Shown here piece after piece: positions 39,570 to 48,977 of a stretch of 64,000 nucleotides of DNA. The translations under genes and the position numbers were made by a program. Position 1 is the stretch's first letter. The number at the start of each line of letters is the position of its first letter. The DNA is taken from contig JAYVQT010000003.1 of the NCBI GenBank assembly GCA_043776915.1, positions 26,187-90,186 of the forward strand, written 5' to 3'. Under the pieces are notes generated by a model that was given only the letters and a program-made list of their open reading frames with translations, did no database searches and had not been told where the DNA came from. Source of the stretch: Minisyncoccota bacterium (GTDB lineage: Bacteria; Patescibacteriota; Minisyncoccia; Phycocordibacterales; UBA9973).

Positions 39570-41402
39570 TTACACCAGTCGATCCTTATACTTAACATAT
39601 GCAAAGGAAGCAGCAAGCGCAATAATACCAAAAACGATAAATGATACAATACGGTACAATTGCCCAAGATTCCACACATCAGTCACGACTTTAATTGCAG
39701 TGATGACAAAGAGTATGAGACCAAATTTTCGTATAAGTGAAATTCTTCGAATGAAACCGATAGCTGTTAGAATGGCCGCATAAATAGCCCATAGGATTGA
39801 GATCGTAATATTAGCAGTATTCTGAATATCAACATTCGTATAATTATATTGCGTATGTGCAATCATATCGATTGCATTATAGTATGAGTATATTTGTAAA
39901 CTCAATGCAAAGAGAGTGAGAATATTTGCAATAACAACATAGACCGTTATACCCGTTTGCTGAATACCAGTCGTGACACTACCATATCTTTTGTAAAAAT
40001 ATGCGATCAGATATGCAGCTATAATCGCGACAACAAAGATATAGAATGTTGAGTTAAAGATCGGTACGAATGACGTCTTCATATCAGTTTGAATATTCCA
40101 CAAGAAAAGATTAAGCCCACCCAAGATGTATACAATAATTCCCATAATTTGGAATCCACGATTATTCATCTTAGATGCGATATAGTAAAGCACACATGAC
40201 TCGACAAACCACAAAGTGGCAATCCATGGACCGGAGAGATGAATGGGAATAGCCACCGAAAAGAAAACCGTAGTTAACCCGGGTAAGAATATATTGAGTG
40301 CAGTATCGGATGGATTCCATATGTGGACAAAGTACGAGAAGATACCGTAAGTGATACCAAGTAAAACTGCTACAAGTCCAATACTATTATGATGCATCGG
40401 CTCAAGAATGATATAGAGTATAAATCCATACATAAGCGCATTGAGTCCAATAATAAAATAGTCACCTTCTTTAGCATTTGTTTTGAGAATCATCAATCTT
40501 GCAACACTCGCTATAAGAAAAATAATAAATGAAACAGTCAGGAATAAAAGAGTCGGACTCAAAAGATCTGGAGTGTAGTGGTTCATATACCAGACAATAA
40601 AATTCATAGCGGTCCCAACAAGAGCAAGTACCGTTACATTGGGCCACTTCTTAAAGAATGAAATAGCAAGAACACCAATATTAAGAATAGTCAGATACAT
40701 AAACAAAGTTCCCATCATATCTATTGGAGATATTAGTAAAAATGGTGTTGCAAATCCACCAACAACGGCAATCATCGAAAGCGTTGTATCTTCATTCCGC
40801 AAACTAAGAACAAAAGCAAGGATGGTCACAAGAAACATCAATACTCCAGTCAGAAACATATCAGTCAGATTATAAAATGAATATGCAGCAAAAAATGAAA
40901 GATAGAGTACTGCTACTCCACCACCCATTAAAAGCTCGGCATATGTCAGGTATTTCCTACGCATATACTGCCCGAGAACCAAGAGTCCGATACCTAGGAA
41001 CACACCTACCATGACTCGCCCAGCGGGACCAATCCAATTATTATCAAACGCATACTTAAGGAAAAAAGCCATACCGACAATAACGGCTCCGATACCAATT
41101 CGACCGAGTAATTGACCAGATACTTCTTCTTGTATTTTTGGTCCCTCCGTCTGAGATATCGATGGCATAGCCGCATTTGGAGTCTGCACTGAAGGTCCGA
41201 CTTGATGGACTGGTATAGTGCTCACAGGAGTTTGCACCGTTGCCACAGGCGCAGGGGGCACTTGTGATGAAGTTGCTTGAACGGATGACTTGTATCCCTC
41301 CGCAACCATATTATTTATTTTTTTTTCTAGATTGGTAATCCGATTACTCTGACCTCTGACAATAATAATGAGAATAATAAGAAGAATGACATCAAATATC
41401 AT
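39570..41402 (-). CDS. Large polytopic membrane protein (about 18 TM), hypothetical (DUF2339-like architecture)
   Basis: 610 aa. N-terminal TM, then a Pro/Val/Thr-rich linker, then many TM helices. Confidence 0.45.
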   Translation of the reverse strand: MIFDVILLIILIIIVRGQSNRITNLEKKINNMVAEGYKSSVQATSSQVPPAPVATVQTPVSTIPVHQVGPSVQTPNAAMPSISQTEGPKIQEEVSGQLLGRIGIGAVIVGMAFFLKYAFDNNWIGPAGRVMVGVFLGIGLLVLGQYMRRKYLTYAELLMGGGVAVLYLSFFAAYSFYNLTDMFLTGVLMFLVTILAFVLSLRNEDTTLSMIAVVGGFATPFLLISPIDMMGTLFMYLTILNIGVLAISFFKKWPNVTVLALVGTAMNFIVWYMNHYTPDLLSPTLLFLTVSFIIFLIASVARLMILKTNAKEGDYFIIGLNALMYGFILYIILEPMHHNSIGLVAVLLGITYGIFSYFVHIWNPSDTALNIFLPGLTTVFFSVAIPIHLSGPWIATLWFVESCVLYYIASKMNNRGFQIMGIIVYILGGLNLFLWNIQTDMKTSFVPIFNSTFYIFVVAIIAAYLIAYFYKRYGSVTTGIQQTGITVYVVIANILTLFALSLQIYSYYNAIDMIAHTQYNYTNVDIQNTANITISILWAIYAAILTAIGFIRRISLIRKFGLILFVITAIKVVTDVWNLGQLYRIVSFIVFGIIALAASFAYVKYKDRLV

Positions 41403-41529
41403 AAAGTATGCGACTGATTAATTATATATACTAGTATATCACAACTATTTTTTATAAACTCTTAATTGTACTAACTGCGACGCCATTAGCCTGGGCCTGA
41501 ATTTTTCTTTATAAGTAAATCAGCGATAG

Positions 41530-41997
41530 CTATTTTATGATCATATCGGGGTTGAATAGGGATTGCTCTTTTTTACATACAGATTTCTCTGGGTCATCAT
41601 AATTCTCACATTGTGAAAAACGAAGAGTAAATACCGTTTGGGTTGTATTGGTTCTATATGTATATGTCGTATACGTACTTCCGGCCGCACCTTCATTTCG
41701 TGTCGTTACACAGTAATGCTTGCCGTGAATGGTCCGCTCAATAGTACGTCCTGTCCCTTCAATCACAGACCCACTAGGCGTACAAGAAAATGCTCTAGTA
41801 AGCGCGGTCACTAGCGGCGGCCAACCCTCTGTGCTCGTTCTGATATATTTTGTATTTAAAAATTTTGAGATAAGTACCACATCACCTTTGACAGGTTCCT
41901 TTACAACCACAGGCGTAAGTTTCCTAGATTGATTAAAAAAGAAAATTCCGACAATAACAACAATCAAAATCCCTATTAAAATTAAAGTTTTTTTCAT
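41530..41997 (-). CDS. Hypothetical secreted/anchored protein
   Basis: N-terminal signal-anchor helix followed by a Cys-containing domain. Confidence 0.35.
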   Translation of the reverse strand: MKKTLILIGILIVVIVGIFFFNQSRKLTPVVVKEPVKGDVVLISKFLNTKYIRTSTEGWPPLVTALTRAFSCTPSGSVIEGTGRTIERTIHGKHYCVTTRNEGAAGSTYTTYTYRTNTTQTVFTLRFSQCENYDDPEKSVCKKEQSLFNPDMIIK

Positions 41998-42023
41998 GTG
42001 TGTTTTAAGAGTTCTTGTCTATT

Positions 42024-42485
42024 TTATCTATTCAAATACGTAATAGTAATCTGCAATACTGTCGCAAATGTTACCCAAATGAGGTATGGAATATTAGCAT
42101 AGATGATCCAAGTAAGACTTGGGGCGCCAGTAGAGATGTGGTTGGTAAGTGAAAATTGATAGAGAGAAAATAATGCCCAGATGAGAGTGATAAGGATGAG
42201 GATGATGTCGATTGATGCGAGGAGGTTATTCTTGAGGCCGAATTGAAAATAAGTAAAAGAGAAATTAAAAATGAGGTTAAGAATAAATGGAAGTGCCACA
42301 ATAACTGGAAGTTCTTTTGTATAGACTTTATAGAACACTGTTCCGAAAGTTACAAATAGTATTGCATAAAGTACAGTCCACACTGGCCCAAAAAGCCATG
42401 AAGGTGGTGCCCAAGATGGCTTAAGGAGAATAGAGTACCAATTGTAAGAATTAGACATAATCAAATAATGCCATACATTAAGCAT
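42024..42485 (-). CDS. tspO: TspO/MBR family (tryptophan-rich sensory protein)
   Basis: KPSWAPPSWLFGPVWTVLY signature and 5 TM helices. Confidence 0.8.
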   Translation of the reverse strand: MLNVWHYLIMSNSYNWYSILLKPSWAPPSWLFGPVWTVLYAILFVTFGTVFYKVYTKELPVIVALPFILNLIFNFSFTYFQFGLKNNLLASIDIILILITLIWALFSLYQFSLTNHISTGAPSLTWIIYANIPYLIWVTFATVLQITITYLNR

Positions 42486-42489
42486 TTTT

Positions 42490-42972
42490 TCAAGATACCG
42501 AAATTATTTGCATTGACTTGAGGCTTTTGCGTATGTCTTTATAATCCGGAATAGTATGTGCAACGAGATCCCAAAAAGCTTGAGAGTGATTGAACTGCCC
42601 AAGGTGACAAAGCTCATGGATGATGATGTAATCGATTTGCTTCTCCGATAGAAATACGATCTTGTAGTTAAAATTTAAATTGCTTTTTTTTGAGCAGCTT
42701 CCCCAGCGAGTCTTGGTGTCACGAATAGCCACACGCCTATAAGTGAAATTATAAGCTTGATTCCAGAACTCAAGCTTGGCGTATACGAGGGTTCGAGCCT
42801 GCTCCTTGTGCTTCATATACCGCGCATTTGGCTTACGAGCCTTCTTTTTTCTTCTTATATTTTTTACTCTCTTTCTAAGAGTACGATAGACGACCGGTTG
42901 GCCATTCAATATCCTTTGAATTGTACCAAGTATACTGTGATGATTTTTCATTCGTTTGATTATAGCAAACAT
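42490..42972 (-). CDS. YgjP-like metal-dependent hydrolase (DUF45, HExxH)
   Basis: IIHELCHL HExxH motif with the downstream FW..V context typical of DUF45/YgjP. Confidence 0.6.
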   Translation of the reverse strand: MFAIIKRMKNHHSILGTIQRILNGQPVVYRTLRKRVKNIRRKKKARKPNARYMKHKEQARTLVYAKLEFWNQAYNFTYRRVAIRDTKTRWGSCSKKSNLNFNYKIVFLSEKQIDYIIIHELCHLGQFNHSQAFWDLVAHTIPDYKDIRKSLKSMQIISVS

Positions 42973-43039
42973 ACGGATATGTTAATAAGAATATTGACTT
43001 TAGTAGATAAATAAGAGATACTAGATTCTAATTTAAGTA

Positions 43040-43288
43040 TTGTTATTTTTAACCAAAAAAACAGGTAGTGCTATGTGTAAATTAAAAAACCCAGAAATTG
43101 AAAAACTCGAAAAGCAAAAAGAAAGCTTACAAAGATCCTTTAGAAATGCCTATGGCCAAACTAGAAAAGATTTACAGCATGAAATAGATGCTGTAAAAGA
43201 AAAAATTCTTAAAGTAAAAACTATCCCCATTCACCCTGTCAACTTTGGTCAGTATCACCAGGGTATTGCATCTATGAGAGCATTTTAG
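43040..43288 (+). CDS. Hypothetical small protein (coiled-coil-like)
   Basis: ORF followed by a strong terminator. The start may be at the internal Met. Confidence 0.35.
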   Translation: MLFLTKKTGSAMCKLKNPEIEKLEKQKESLQRSFRNAYGQTRKDLQHEIDAVKEKILKVKTIPIHPVNFGQYHQGIASMRAF

Positions 43289-43311
43289 TTATCGTGGGAT
43301 TCCAATTTAGG

Positions 43312-43349
43312 GGCGTTCGTTTCATTTGAAACGAACGCCTTTTATATTT
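43312..43349 (+). terminator. Strong rho-independent terminator
   Basis: 13-bp stem ggcgttcgtttca/tgaaacgaacgcc followed by ttttatattt. Confidence 0.65.
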
Positions 43350-43414
43350 GTGTATATAGTAAAATTTTGTAATATATGTAATCGATCGGATAATATTAAT
43401 GATGCTTCACCTAT

Positions 43415-44014
43415 TTGAGTAATTTGCGGTATACTCAAGAAATGAAAATCAGATCAGCCATATTTGTGCGTGGGGTAACAGATGACGACAATCTAATTCG
43501 CGACGGACTACCACAAGTAGCTTTTATCGGGCGCTCAAATGTTGGTAAATCAAGTCTCATAAATACTCTCGTCGGTAATGCTAAACTTGCGCGGTCAAGC
43601 GCTACAGCCGGCCGAACCCAAGAAATCAATTTCTTCTTACTCAATAACTCATTCTACCTCGTCGACCTGCCTGGTTATGGCTACGCTCGTGGCTCATTTG
43701 AAACACGTGGGCTTATCTATGAGCGAATCGAGGGCTACTTATTCAAATCACGTATCAAGCACTATCGTATTGTACTCCTCATTGATGCTAAAGCTGGCAT
43801 GACTGATGCAGATCGCGAAATGTTCAAAGAGCTGACACACTATAAAAAGAATCTCATCGTTGTTATTAATAAAATTGACAAAGTAAACCAAAGTGAAAAA
43901 CAGAAGAATATAAAAGCAATTCAGGAATTCATCGGTAACTACCCTCTTGTAATATGTTCGTCGCAAAAGAAAATTGGCGTCGACGAACTAGCCACCTTGA
44001 TACTTCCTCAGTAA
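43415..44014 (+). CDS. engB: Ribosome biogenesis GTPase EngB/YihA
   Basis: VAFIGRSNVGKSSLIN G1 motif, DLPGYGYA G3 and NKIDK G4 motifs. Confidence 0.85.
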   Translation: MSNLRYTQEMKIRSAIFVRGVTDDDNLIRDGLPQVAFIGRSNVGKSSLINTLVGNAKLARSSATAGRTQEINFFLLNNSFYLVDLPGYGYARGSFETRGLIYERIEGYLFKSRIKHYRIVLLIDAKAGMTDADREMFKELTHYKKNLIVVINKIDKVNQSEKQKNIKAIQEFIGNYPLVICSSQKKIGVDELATLILPQ

Positions 44015-44059
44015 CTTTACCACTATAAACTACGAGGGAATACCTTTCATACTCAAGAG

Positions 44060-44812
44060 CTACTTACTAATTTTAAAATTTTTAATTGCAACTGCGTATG
44101 TATCTTTATTAAATAGATAGGTAAATGTTGCCTTACTTTTCACATGACCATCTTCATAGACAACCATACCTGTATCAGCATTGGGATTTGTATCGATAGT
44201 TGTAACGTACCATGCACCACCAAGAGTAGGTTTAATAATCGACAGAGTCCCAATCGCACTACGAACGTATTCTTCAACAGTTAGAATTTTAACAAGCTGT
44301 CCGCAATCAATCTGTGGCATAGTAATTCCTGGGGTAAGCTTCGTTTGATCTTTATAGACATAGACGCCATCACCGCGATTTACCATTTCACCAAAGAGTG
44401 CCGCTGCGCTCCCTTGACCAAAGTTAATATGCAACTCTTGTTTTGTTGTCATACCTTCGGCTAATGCCATCCACCATACACGTGCAGTGCGACTCGTAGT
44501 CATCTTATTAGTTACACCGATGCTCCCCTCAAATACTCCAGTCATTTTGTCTTTGTCAGCTGGTAAGTTACGATACTCACCTTTTACATTCGTACCTATA
44601 ATACTCATCTTCACCCACGCGCGATCAACATACTCGCTCGTTGTAGCTTTCGAATAGTAATAACACATGCCAATGGGCTGCGTGCTTTGAATTGTTGTTT
44701 GTTGCTCATCATGAGTTGGAGCGATAGCTACTTTAGCATTTTTGGAACTAACAATCACAACGCCGATAGTAATAAGGACGAACATGCTTATAATAATTAC
44801 TATTTTCTTCAT
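44060..44812 (-). CDS. Hypothetical secreted protein
   Basis: N-terminal signal-anchor; no recognisable domain. Confidence 0.4.
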   Translation of the reverse strand: MKKIVIIISMFVLITIGVVIVSSKNAKVAIAPTHDEQQTTIQSTQPIGMCYYYSKATTSEYVDRAWVKMSIIGTNVKGEYRNLPADKDKMTGVFEGSIGVTNKMTTSRTARVWWMALAEGMTTKQELHINFGQGSAAALFGEMVNRGDGVYVYKDQTKLTPGITMPQIDCGQLVKILTVEEYVRSAIGTLSIIKPTLGGAWYVTTIDTNPNADTGMVVYEDGHVKSKATFTYLFNKDTYAVAIKNFKISK

Positions 44813-44828
44813 ATATCAATTCTAACAT

Positions 44829-44852
44829 AAAAATCCCCATAAGGGGATTTTT
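44829..44852. terminator. Perfect hairpin terminator aaaaatcccc ataa ggggattttt
   Basis: 10-bp stem flanked by A- and T-runs. Lies 10 nt downstream of the small acidic ORF on the minus strand. Confidence 0.6.
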
Positions 44853-44861
44853 ATGTTAGAA

Positions 44862-45014
44862 TTATACAGCTAGTTCTGCTTCGGGAAGATCTTCTGCTGG
44901 CATATGTTCTCCGGCAGGCATTTCCTCTGGGGATTCAGTTCCAACTTCTTCCGGCATTATCACTGGAGAGGCTGTGACTTCATTACTTTCTACTTTTATT
45001 TCTTCATCTGACAT
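44862..45014 (-). CDS. Small highly acidic protein (50 aa), not in the ORF track
   Basis: Own translation: MSDEEIKVESNEVTASPVIMPEEVGTESPEEMPAGEHMPAEDLPEAELAV; terminator immediately downstream. Confidence 0.4.
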   Translation of the reverse strand: MSDEEIKVESNEVTASPVIMPEEVGTESPEEMPAGEHMPAEDLPEAELAV

Positions 45015-45287
45015 AGAGATATATCTACTTATGGATAAGCTCTTATAGTAGCACAGATACGTGATTTACAGTATACTAAGAATATCTTATTAATAATACA
45101 AAAAAAAGCCGCGTTTAAATCAATAATGACGCGACACAATTTTGCAAAATCGCATGGCCAAAAGAAATACAACACTAAGCCCAAAAAAGAAATCACGACA
45201 CTCTCACAAAACACAAAAGAGATTAGCTGTAAAAAAAGTAATGCTTGCAACAAAGTCTGCTCGCAGAAAGACAAAGATGAAGTAAAT

Positions 45288-45330
45288 AAAATCCCCGCCA
45301 CAACGTTTAGATATTGGCGGGGATTTTATT
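45288..45330. terminator. Bidirectional terminator hairpin (aaaatccccgcc ... ggcggggatttt)
   Basis: 12-bp stem (45288-45299 / 45316-45327) with a 16-nt loop and flanking A/T-runs. Confidence 0.55.
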
Positions 45331-45560
45331 TACTGGCCCATAGCTCTCTTGATCTCAGCTTGGTGGATCCGCATGACTTGCATAGTAGCGGTCATCTCAC
45401 TCATACCACCTTTAGTCAGTTTTTTGACTTCGTCACCAATTTTTTGAAACAGCTCCGGATTTTCATTAATAAGCTTAATAAACATATCTTGCTGGGTTTT
45501 TGGCAAGTTTTTCATCTTGGCACGTATTAATTTTTCAGTTAAAAAACTTTTGATTGACAT
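45330..45560 (-). CDS. Hypothetical small protein (76 aa)
   Basis: ORF with the start taken at the internal Met (MSIKSFLTEK...) and a terminator at its 3' end. Helical, with no recognised family. Confidence 0.35.
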   Translation of the reverse strand: MSIKSFLTEKLIRAKMKNLPKTQQDMFIKLINENPELFQKIGDEVKKLTKGGMSEMTATMQVMRIHQAEIKRAMGQ

Positions 45561-45603
45561 GTCGAAACTATAGCAAAAAAAGCGCCAGTATGCCAGTATA
45601 GAG

Positions 45604-46521
45604 ATGGTGGAAAGCGACAATAAGATACAATCTAAAATCATCATCATCCTCGGTCAGACCTCAACCGGTAAGAGTGACTTTGCTGTCGAAGTCTCTCGAC
45701 GAATCGGCGGTGAAGTCATCTCGGCCGACTCTCGTCAAGTTTACAAAGGGATGAATCTCGGTACGGGGAAAATTACAAAGAAAGAAATGAAAAGCGTACC
45801 ACACCACCTCCTTGACGTCATCTCACCCAAGAAAATCTATACCGTCAGTGAGTATAAAAAACAGGCTGACAGAAAAATAAAAGAAATTATTAGACGAGGT
45901 AAAACACCTATCATTGTAGGTGGTACGGGGTTCTATATAGATGCAGTAGTCGATGGAATTGTATTACCCGAAGTCGCACCCAATACTACACTCCGCGCAC
46001 ACCTTGCCAAAAAAACTACACCACAACTCTACACCATGCTCCACAAACTCGACTCGCGTCGCGCAGAAACTATTGATGCCAATAATCCTGTCCGTCTGAT
46101 CCGCGCAATCGAGATAGCAAAAAGCGAGGGCTTAGTTCCTGCTCTGTCTCATTCGTCACCATACCGAGTATTCAAAATTGGTCTTACTCTCCCTGATGAA
46201 GTATTGAAAGAAAAGATAAAAGTCCGCCTGATATCTCGCATCAAAAAAAGAATGCTCAGAGAAATTAAAGACTTGCACACGCAAGGAATTTCCTGGAAGC
46301 GTATGGAGATTCTCGGCCTCGAGTATCGCTATGGAGCCCTATATCTACAAAAGAAAATTACCAAAGATGAAATGATTAAAAAAATATGCACCGAAACATG
46401 GCATTACGCCAAGCGTCAAAAGACATGGTTTAAAAAAGATACGAGTATTATCTGGATAGATCCACGTGAAATACACGAGCAAGTAAAAGCTCTTAAAGCA
46501 ATTAAAGACTTTTTGACATAA
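45604..46521 (+). CDS. miaA: tRNA dimethylallyltransferase
   Basis: P-loop ILGQTSTGKSDFAV and DSRQVYKGMNLGTGK motifs. Confidence 0.9.
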   Translation: MVESDNKIQSKIIIILGQTSTGKSDFAVEVSRRIGGEVISADSRQVYKGMNLGTGKITKKEMKSVPHHLLDVISPKKIYTVSEYKKQADRKIKEIIRRGKTPIIVGGTGFYIDAVVDGIVLPEVAPNTTLRAHLAKKTTPQLYTMLHKLDSRRAETIDANNPVRLIRAIEIAKSEGLVPALSHSSPYRVFKIGLTLPDEVLKEKIKVRLISRIKKRMLREIKDLHTQGISWKRMEILGLEYRYGALYLQKKITKDEMIKKICTETWHYAKRQKTWFKKDTSIIWIDPREIHEQVKALKAIKDFLT

Positions 46522-46551
46522 GGCTATTGTATAGTATACTCACAAACACAA

Positions 46552-46622
46552 GGGCGATTAGTTTAGTGGTAGAACGAAGGTCTCCAAAACCTTTGGTGGG
46601 GGTTCGATTCCTCCATCGCCCG
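46552..46622 (+). tRNA. tRNA-Trp (anticodon CCA), CCA not encoded
   Basis: Manual fold: acceptor GGGCGAT/ATCGCCC, anticodon stem AAGGT/ACCTT, loop CTCCAAA, T-loop TTCGATT. Confidence 0.85.
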
Positions 46623-46797
46623 CAAATTGGAACAACGTGAGAATTTTCGGGCGATAGCACGACAACTGCTTGTCGTGCGTGGAGGAATCGGAAAGCTTTT
46701 TCGTCTTTTGAAAATATACTCATTTGAAAAAGTGGAAAAGGTGTAATGACCCAGTAAGGGTCGATACGCGTACTCGTGGTCCTCCATCACCCGCTGT
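46623..46797 (+). ncRNA. Candidate structured non-coding RNA co-transcribed after tRNA-Trp
   Basis: 175 nt with no ORF, a perfect 9-bp hairpin (gcacgacaa ctgc ttgtcgtgc), a long-range complement tggagga/tcctcca, and an intrinsic terminator at its end. Identity unknown. Confidence 0.2.
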
Positions 46798-46829
46798 AAA
46801 AAATACCTCTAGAGGAGGTATTTTTATTT
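46798..46829. terminator. Bidirectional terminator (aaatacctc tagag gaggtattt)
   Basis: 9-bp stem with T-runs on both strands. Serves convergent rpmG and the tRNA-Trp transcript. Confidence 0.55.
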
Positions 46830-46992
46830 AACCAGTAATTTTAGCTTCTTTGTGTTTAACGTTTTTTACACAGGTTTTGCAGAATTTCTTAAGCTCGATC
46901 TTTTTTGTGACGAGTTTTTTGTTCTTGCTAGTATAATAGTTAGCGTTCTTGCAAACACTACATTTTAATCTTAAAAGTCTATCTTGTGACAT
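46828..46992 (-). CDS. rpmG: 50S ribosomal protein L33
   Basis: Own translation: MSQDRLLRLKCSVCKNANYYTSKNKKLVTKKIELKKFCKTCVKNVKHKEAKITG. It has the L33 CxxC...CxxC zinc-ribbon pattern and is 54 aa, below the ORF-track size cutoff. Confidence 0.8.
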   Translation of the reverse strand: MSQDRLLRLKCSVCKNANYYTSKNKKLVTKKIELKKFCKTCVKNVKHKEAKITG

Positions 46993-47030
46993 AGTGGGTA
47001 AAGAATACTATAGAATGCTCTAAATTGCAA

Positions 47031-48191
47031 CTATCGTACAACCTTTGAAAGTAAAGGATTTATGCGGGTCGTAATCTCATAGTGTATGGTCCCCGCTTGC
47101 TCTGCTACTTCCTCAGCTGTAATTTCCTCTTTCCCTTGTGTACCGAGTATCACTACTTCATCTTCGGGTAATACGTCGACAATACCCGACACATCAACAA
47201 CGAACATATTCATAGCTACTCGACCGAGAATCAAAGCTCGTACACCATGAATCAAGACTGCACCTTTATTCGACATAGATCTTGGTACTCCATCTGAATA
47301 GCCTTGCGGTATGACAGCAATTATTGTTGGTCTTTTTGTAAAATAAGTAAGACCATAGCCGACCGAATGACCTTTCGGTAATAGTTTCACTTGAGCGACA
47401 TGAGTGACCCATCGAGCCACTGGTAATAATGCAATCTTTTTCTTCCACATTTTTTCGAGTTCAGGACTCGGCCACATACCATAGAGACCGATACCGATGC
47501 GAACGATAGCATTGAGACCATTATTTTTTTCATATGCGAGGACTCCTGATGTTGCTGAAATATGAGTCTTGATTTTAGTATACCCATGTAATCGAAAAAT
47601 TTTAAGCACGTTTTCGTATTCTTTTATTTGCTTCTCCGCATGAGAAAAGTCAGTTGTATCTTCAATATTAGCAAAGTGAGAATACACCCCGTCAATTACA
47701 AGATTTTTCATCTTCTTGATTTCTGTAAGAAATGTATCAACCTGTGAAGAAAGTATTCCCTCTCTTCCTAAGTATGAATCGACACTTATATGTACTTTCT
47801 GCTTTTTGCCAAGGATGCGCGAACTTTCATTAATGAGAAGTATGTGATGAAAATCAAAAACTGATAAAATACACCCAAGATTTATCGCCCGAGCGATATC
47901 ATTCTTAGCTACATAACCCAACACCAGAATAGGTTTCTTTGTAACAGTGCGTACACGTGCTAACTCTTCAATACTGTTCACCTGAAAGTAGTCGACAAAG
48001 GGCGCAAGTATTGGCACAACTTCGGTATCACCATGACCGTAGGCATTCGCTTTTACCACTGCTGCAATTTTTGTCCCTTCTTTTACAATACGCCGAAACT
48101 GCGTGATGTTATGAATCAAATTTTTCTTGGAAAGTTCGATGTATGAAAGAGGAAGTGACTTAGCCATTTTTATTCTTAAAATTAGTTTCAA
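47031..48191 (-). CDS. alr: Alanine racemase
   Basis: PLP-binding AVVKANAYGHG motif and a two-domain length. The start is possibly at the internal Met. Confidence 0.85.
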   Translation of the reverse strand: MKLILRIKMAKSLPLSYIELSKKNLIHNITQFRRIVKEGTKIAAVVKANAYGHGDTEVVPILAPFVDYFQVNSIEELARVRTVTKKPILVLGYVAKNDIARAINLGCILSVFDFHHILLINESSRILGKKQKVHISVDSYLGREGILSSQVDTFLTEIKKMKNLVIDGVYSHFANIEDTTDFSHAEKQIKEYENVLKIFRLHGYTKIKTHISATSGVLAYEKNNGLNAIVRIGIGLYGMWPSPELEKMWKKKIALLPVARWVTHVAQVKLLPKGHSVGYGLTYFTKRPTIIAVIPQGYSDGVPRSMSNKGAVLIHGVRALILGRVAMNMFVVDVSGIVDVLPEDEVVILGTQGKEEITAEEVAEQAGTIHYEITTRINPLLSKVVR

Positions 48192-48927
48192 CTAATATCT
48201 CAGCTAATTTCTTTACATCCTCCCGTGCTTCATTGATTTTATCTTGAGAGTATATTGTCTTCTCACCTAAAACATTCTCAGGTAATTTTATGTCTGAAAC
48301 ATGTTGATTAGCATGAGACGAAAGTACATCCCCATAATTTTTCAATACTCCAGACAAATTAGGTTGATGGAAAATTTCGGGTTTGCCAAAAGATCCAAAA
48401 TAAATATGGTCTTTTACTTCTGGGGTATATTCAAATTCTTTTTCATTGTAAATAGCGCAACTTGCTATATCGTACTCTATATCGTTATTTTTTAGAGCAT
48501 TACAAATTGCGCTTATTGAACCTCCCGTTTCGACGAAATCAGTCACTATCAATGCTTTTTTCTTACCCGAGGCATTCATTTTTACATATTCAGTAAATTC
48601 TCTAGATATCTTACTGTTACCATATTTATATCTGGCCCCGGCCATGAATAACAGCTTTGGGTTTTCTTCTCCGTACACCTTTTTAAAAATCTGATCGAAA
48701 ACAAGGGCAGGGATTCTACCCGAAGCATCTTCGCCGATAAGAAGATCGTACTCATGATTTTCTATTTTCTGCTCTATCCCCTTTTCAAGTATTTTAGAAA
48801 TGGGTTTAAAAAGATGGGTTATCTCAATATTTTTTATCGTATCAAGTCTTGCATTGATTTGATTAATTTCTTCTTGTTTCAGGTTCAGATTTAGATTTAG
48901 CTCGAAGTTAATTTTAGGCTCTGACAT
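48160..48927 (-). CDS. Phosphoribosyltransferase-domain protein (type I PRTase fold), hypothetical function
   Basis: PRPP-binding-like motif KKKALIVTDFVETGGSI. Confidence 0.5.
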   Translation of the reverse strand: MSEPKINFELNLNLNLKQEEINQINARLDTIKNIEITHLFKPISKILEKGIEQKIENHEYDLLIGEDASGRIPALVFDQIFKKVYGEENPKLLFMAGARYKYGNSKISREFTEYVKMNASGKKKALIVTDFVETGGSISAICNALKNNDIEYDIASCAIYNEKEFEYTPEVKDHIYFGSFGKPEIFHQPNLSGVLKNYGDVLSSHANQHVSDIKLPENVLGEKTIYSQDKINEAREDVKKLAEILVETNFKNKNG

Positions 48928-48977
48928 AAGACCATTCTAGCATTTTACGTATAGTTTGGTATACTAGCCGAGTAAAT

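Noticed and set aside
41414-41427. 14-bp palindrome atatactagtatat upstream of the large membrane protein gene
   Set aside because: Pure AT-rich palindrome in an AT-rich promoter region; likely fortuitous, or simply overlapping -10 elements.
45029-45530. ORF-track CDS 45029-45301 (-) and 45126-45530 (+)
   Set aside because: Both run through the 45288-45330 terminator stem. The plus ORF is Lys-rich low complexity and is antisense to a better-supported minus-strand gene, whose stop coincides with the terminator.
46502-46790. Two ORF-track minus-strand CDS (73 and 75 aa) across tRNA-Trp and the downstream spacer
   Set aside because: They overlap a tRNA gene and a terminator hairpin and have no protein-like features. 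The region is better explained as tRNA plus a non-coding spacer.
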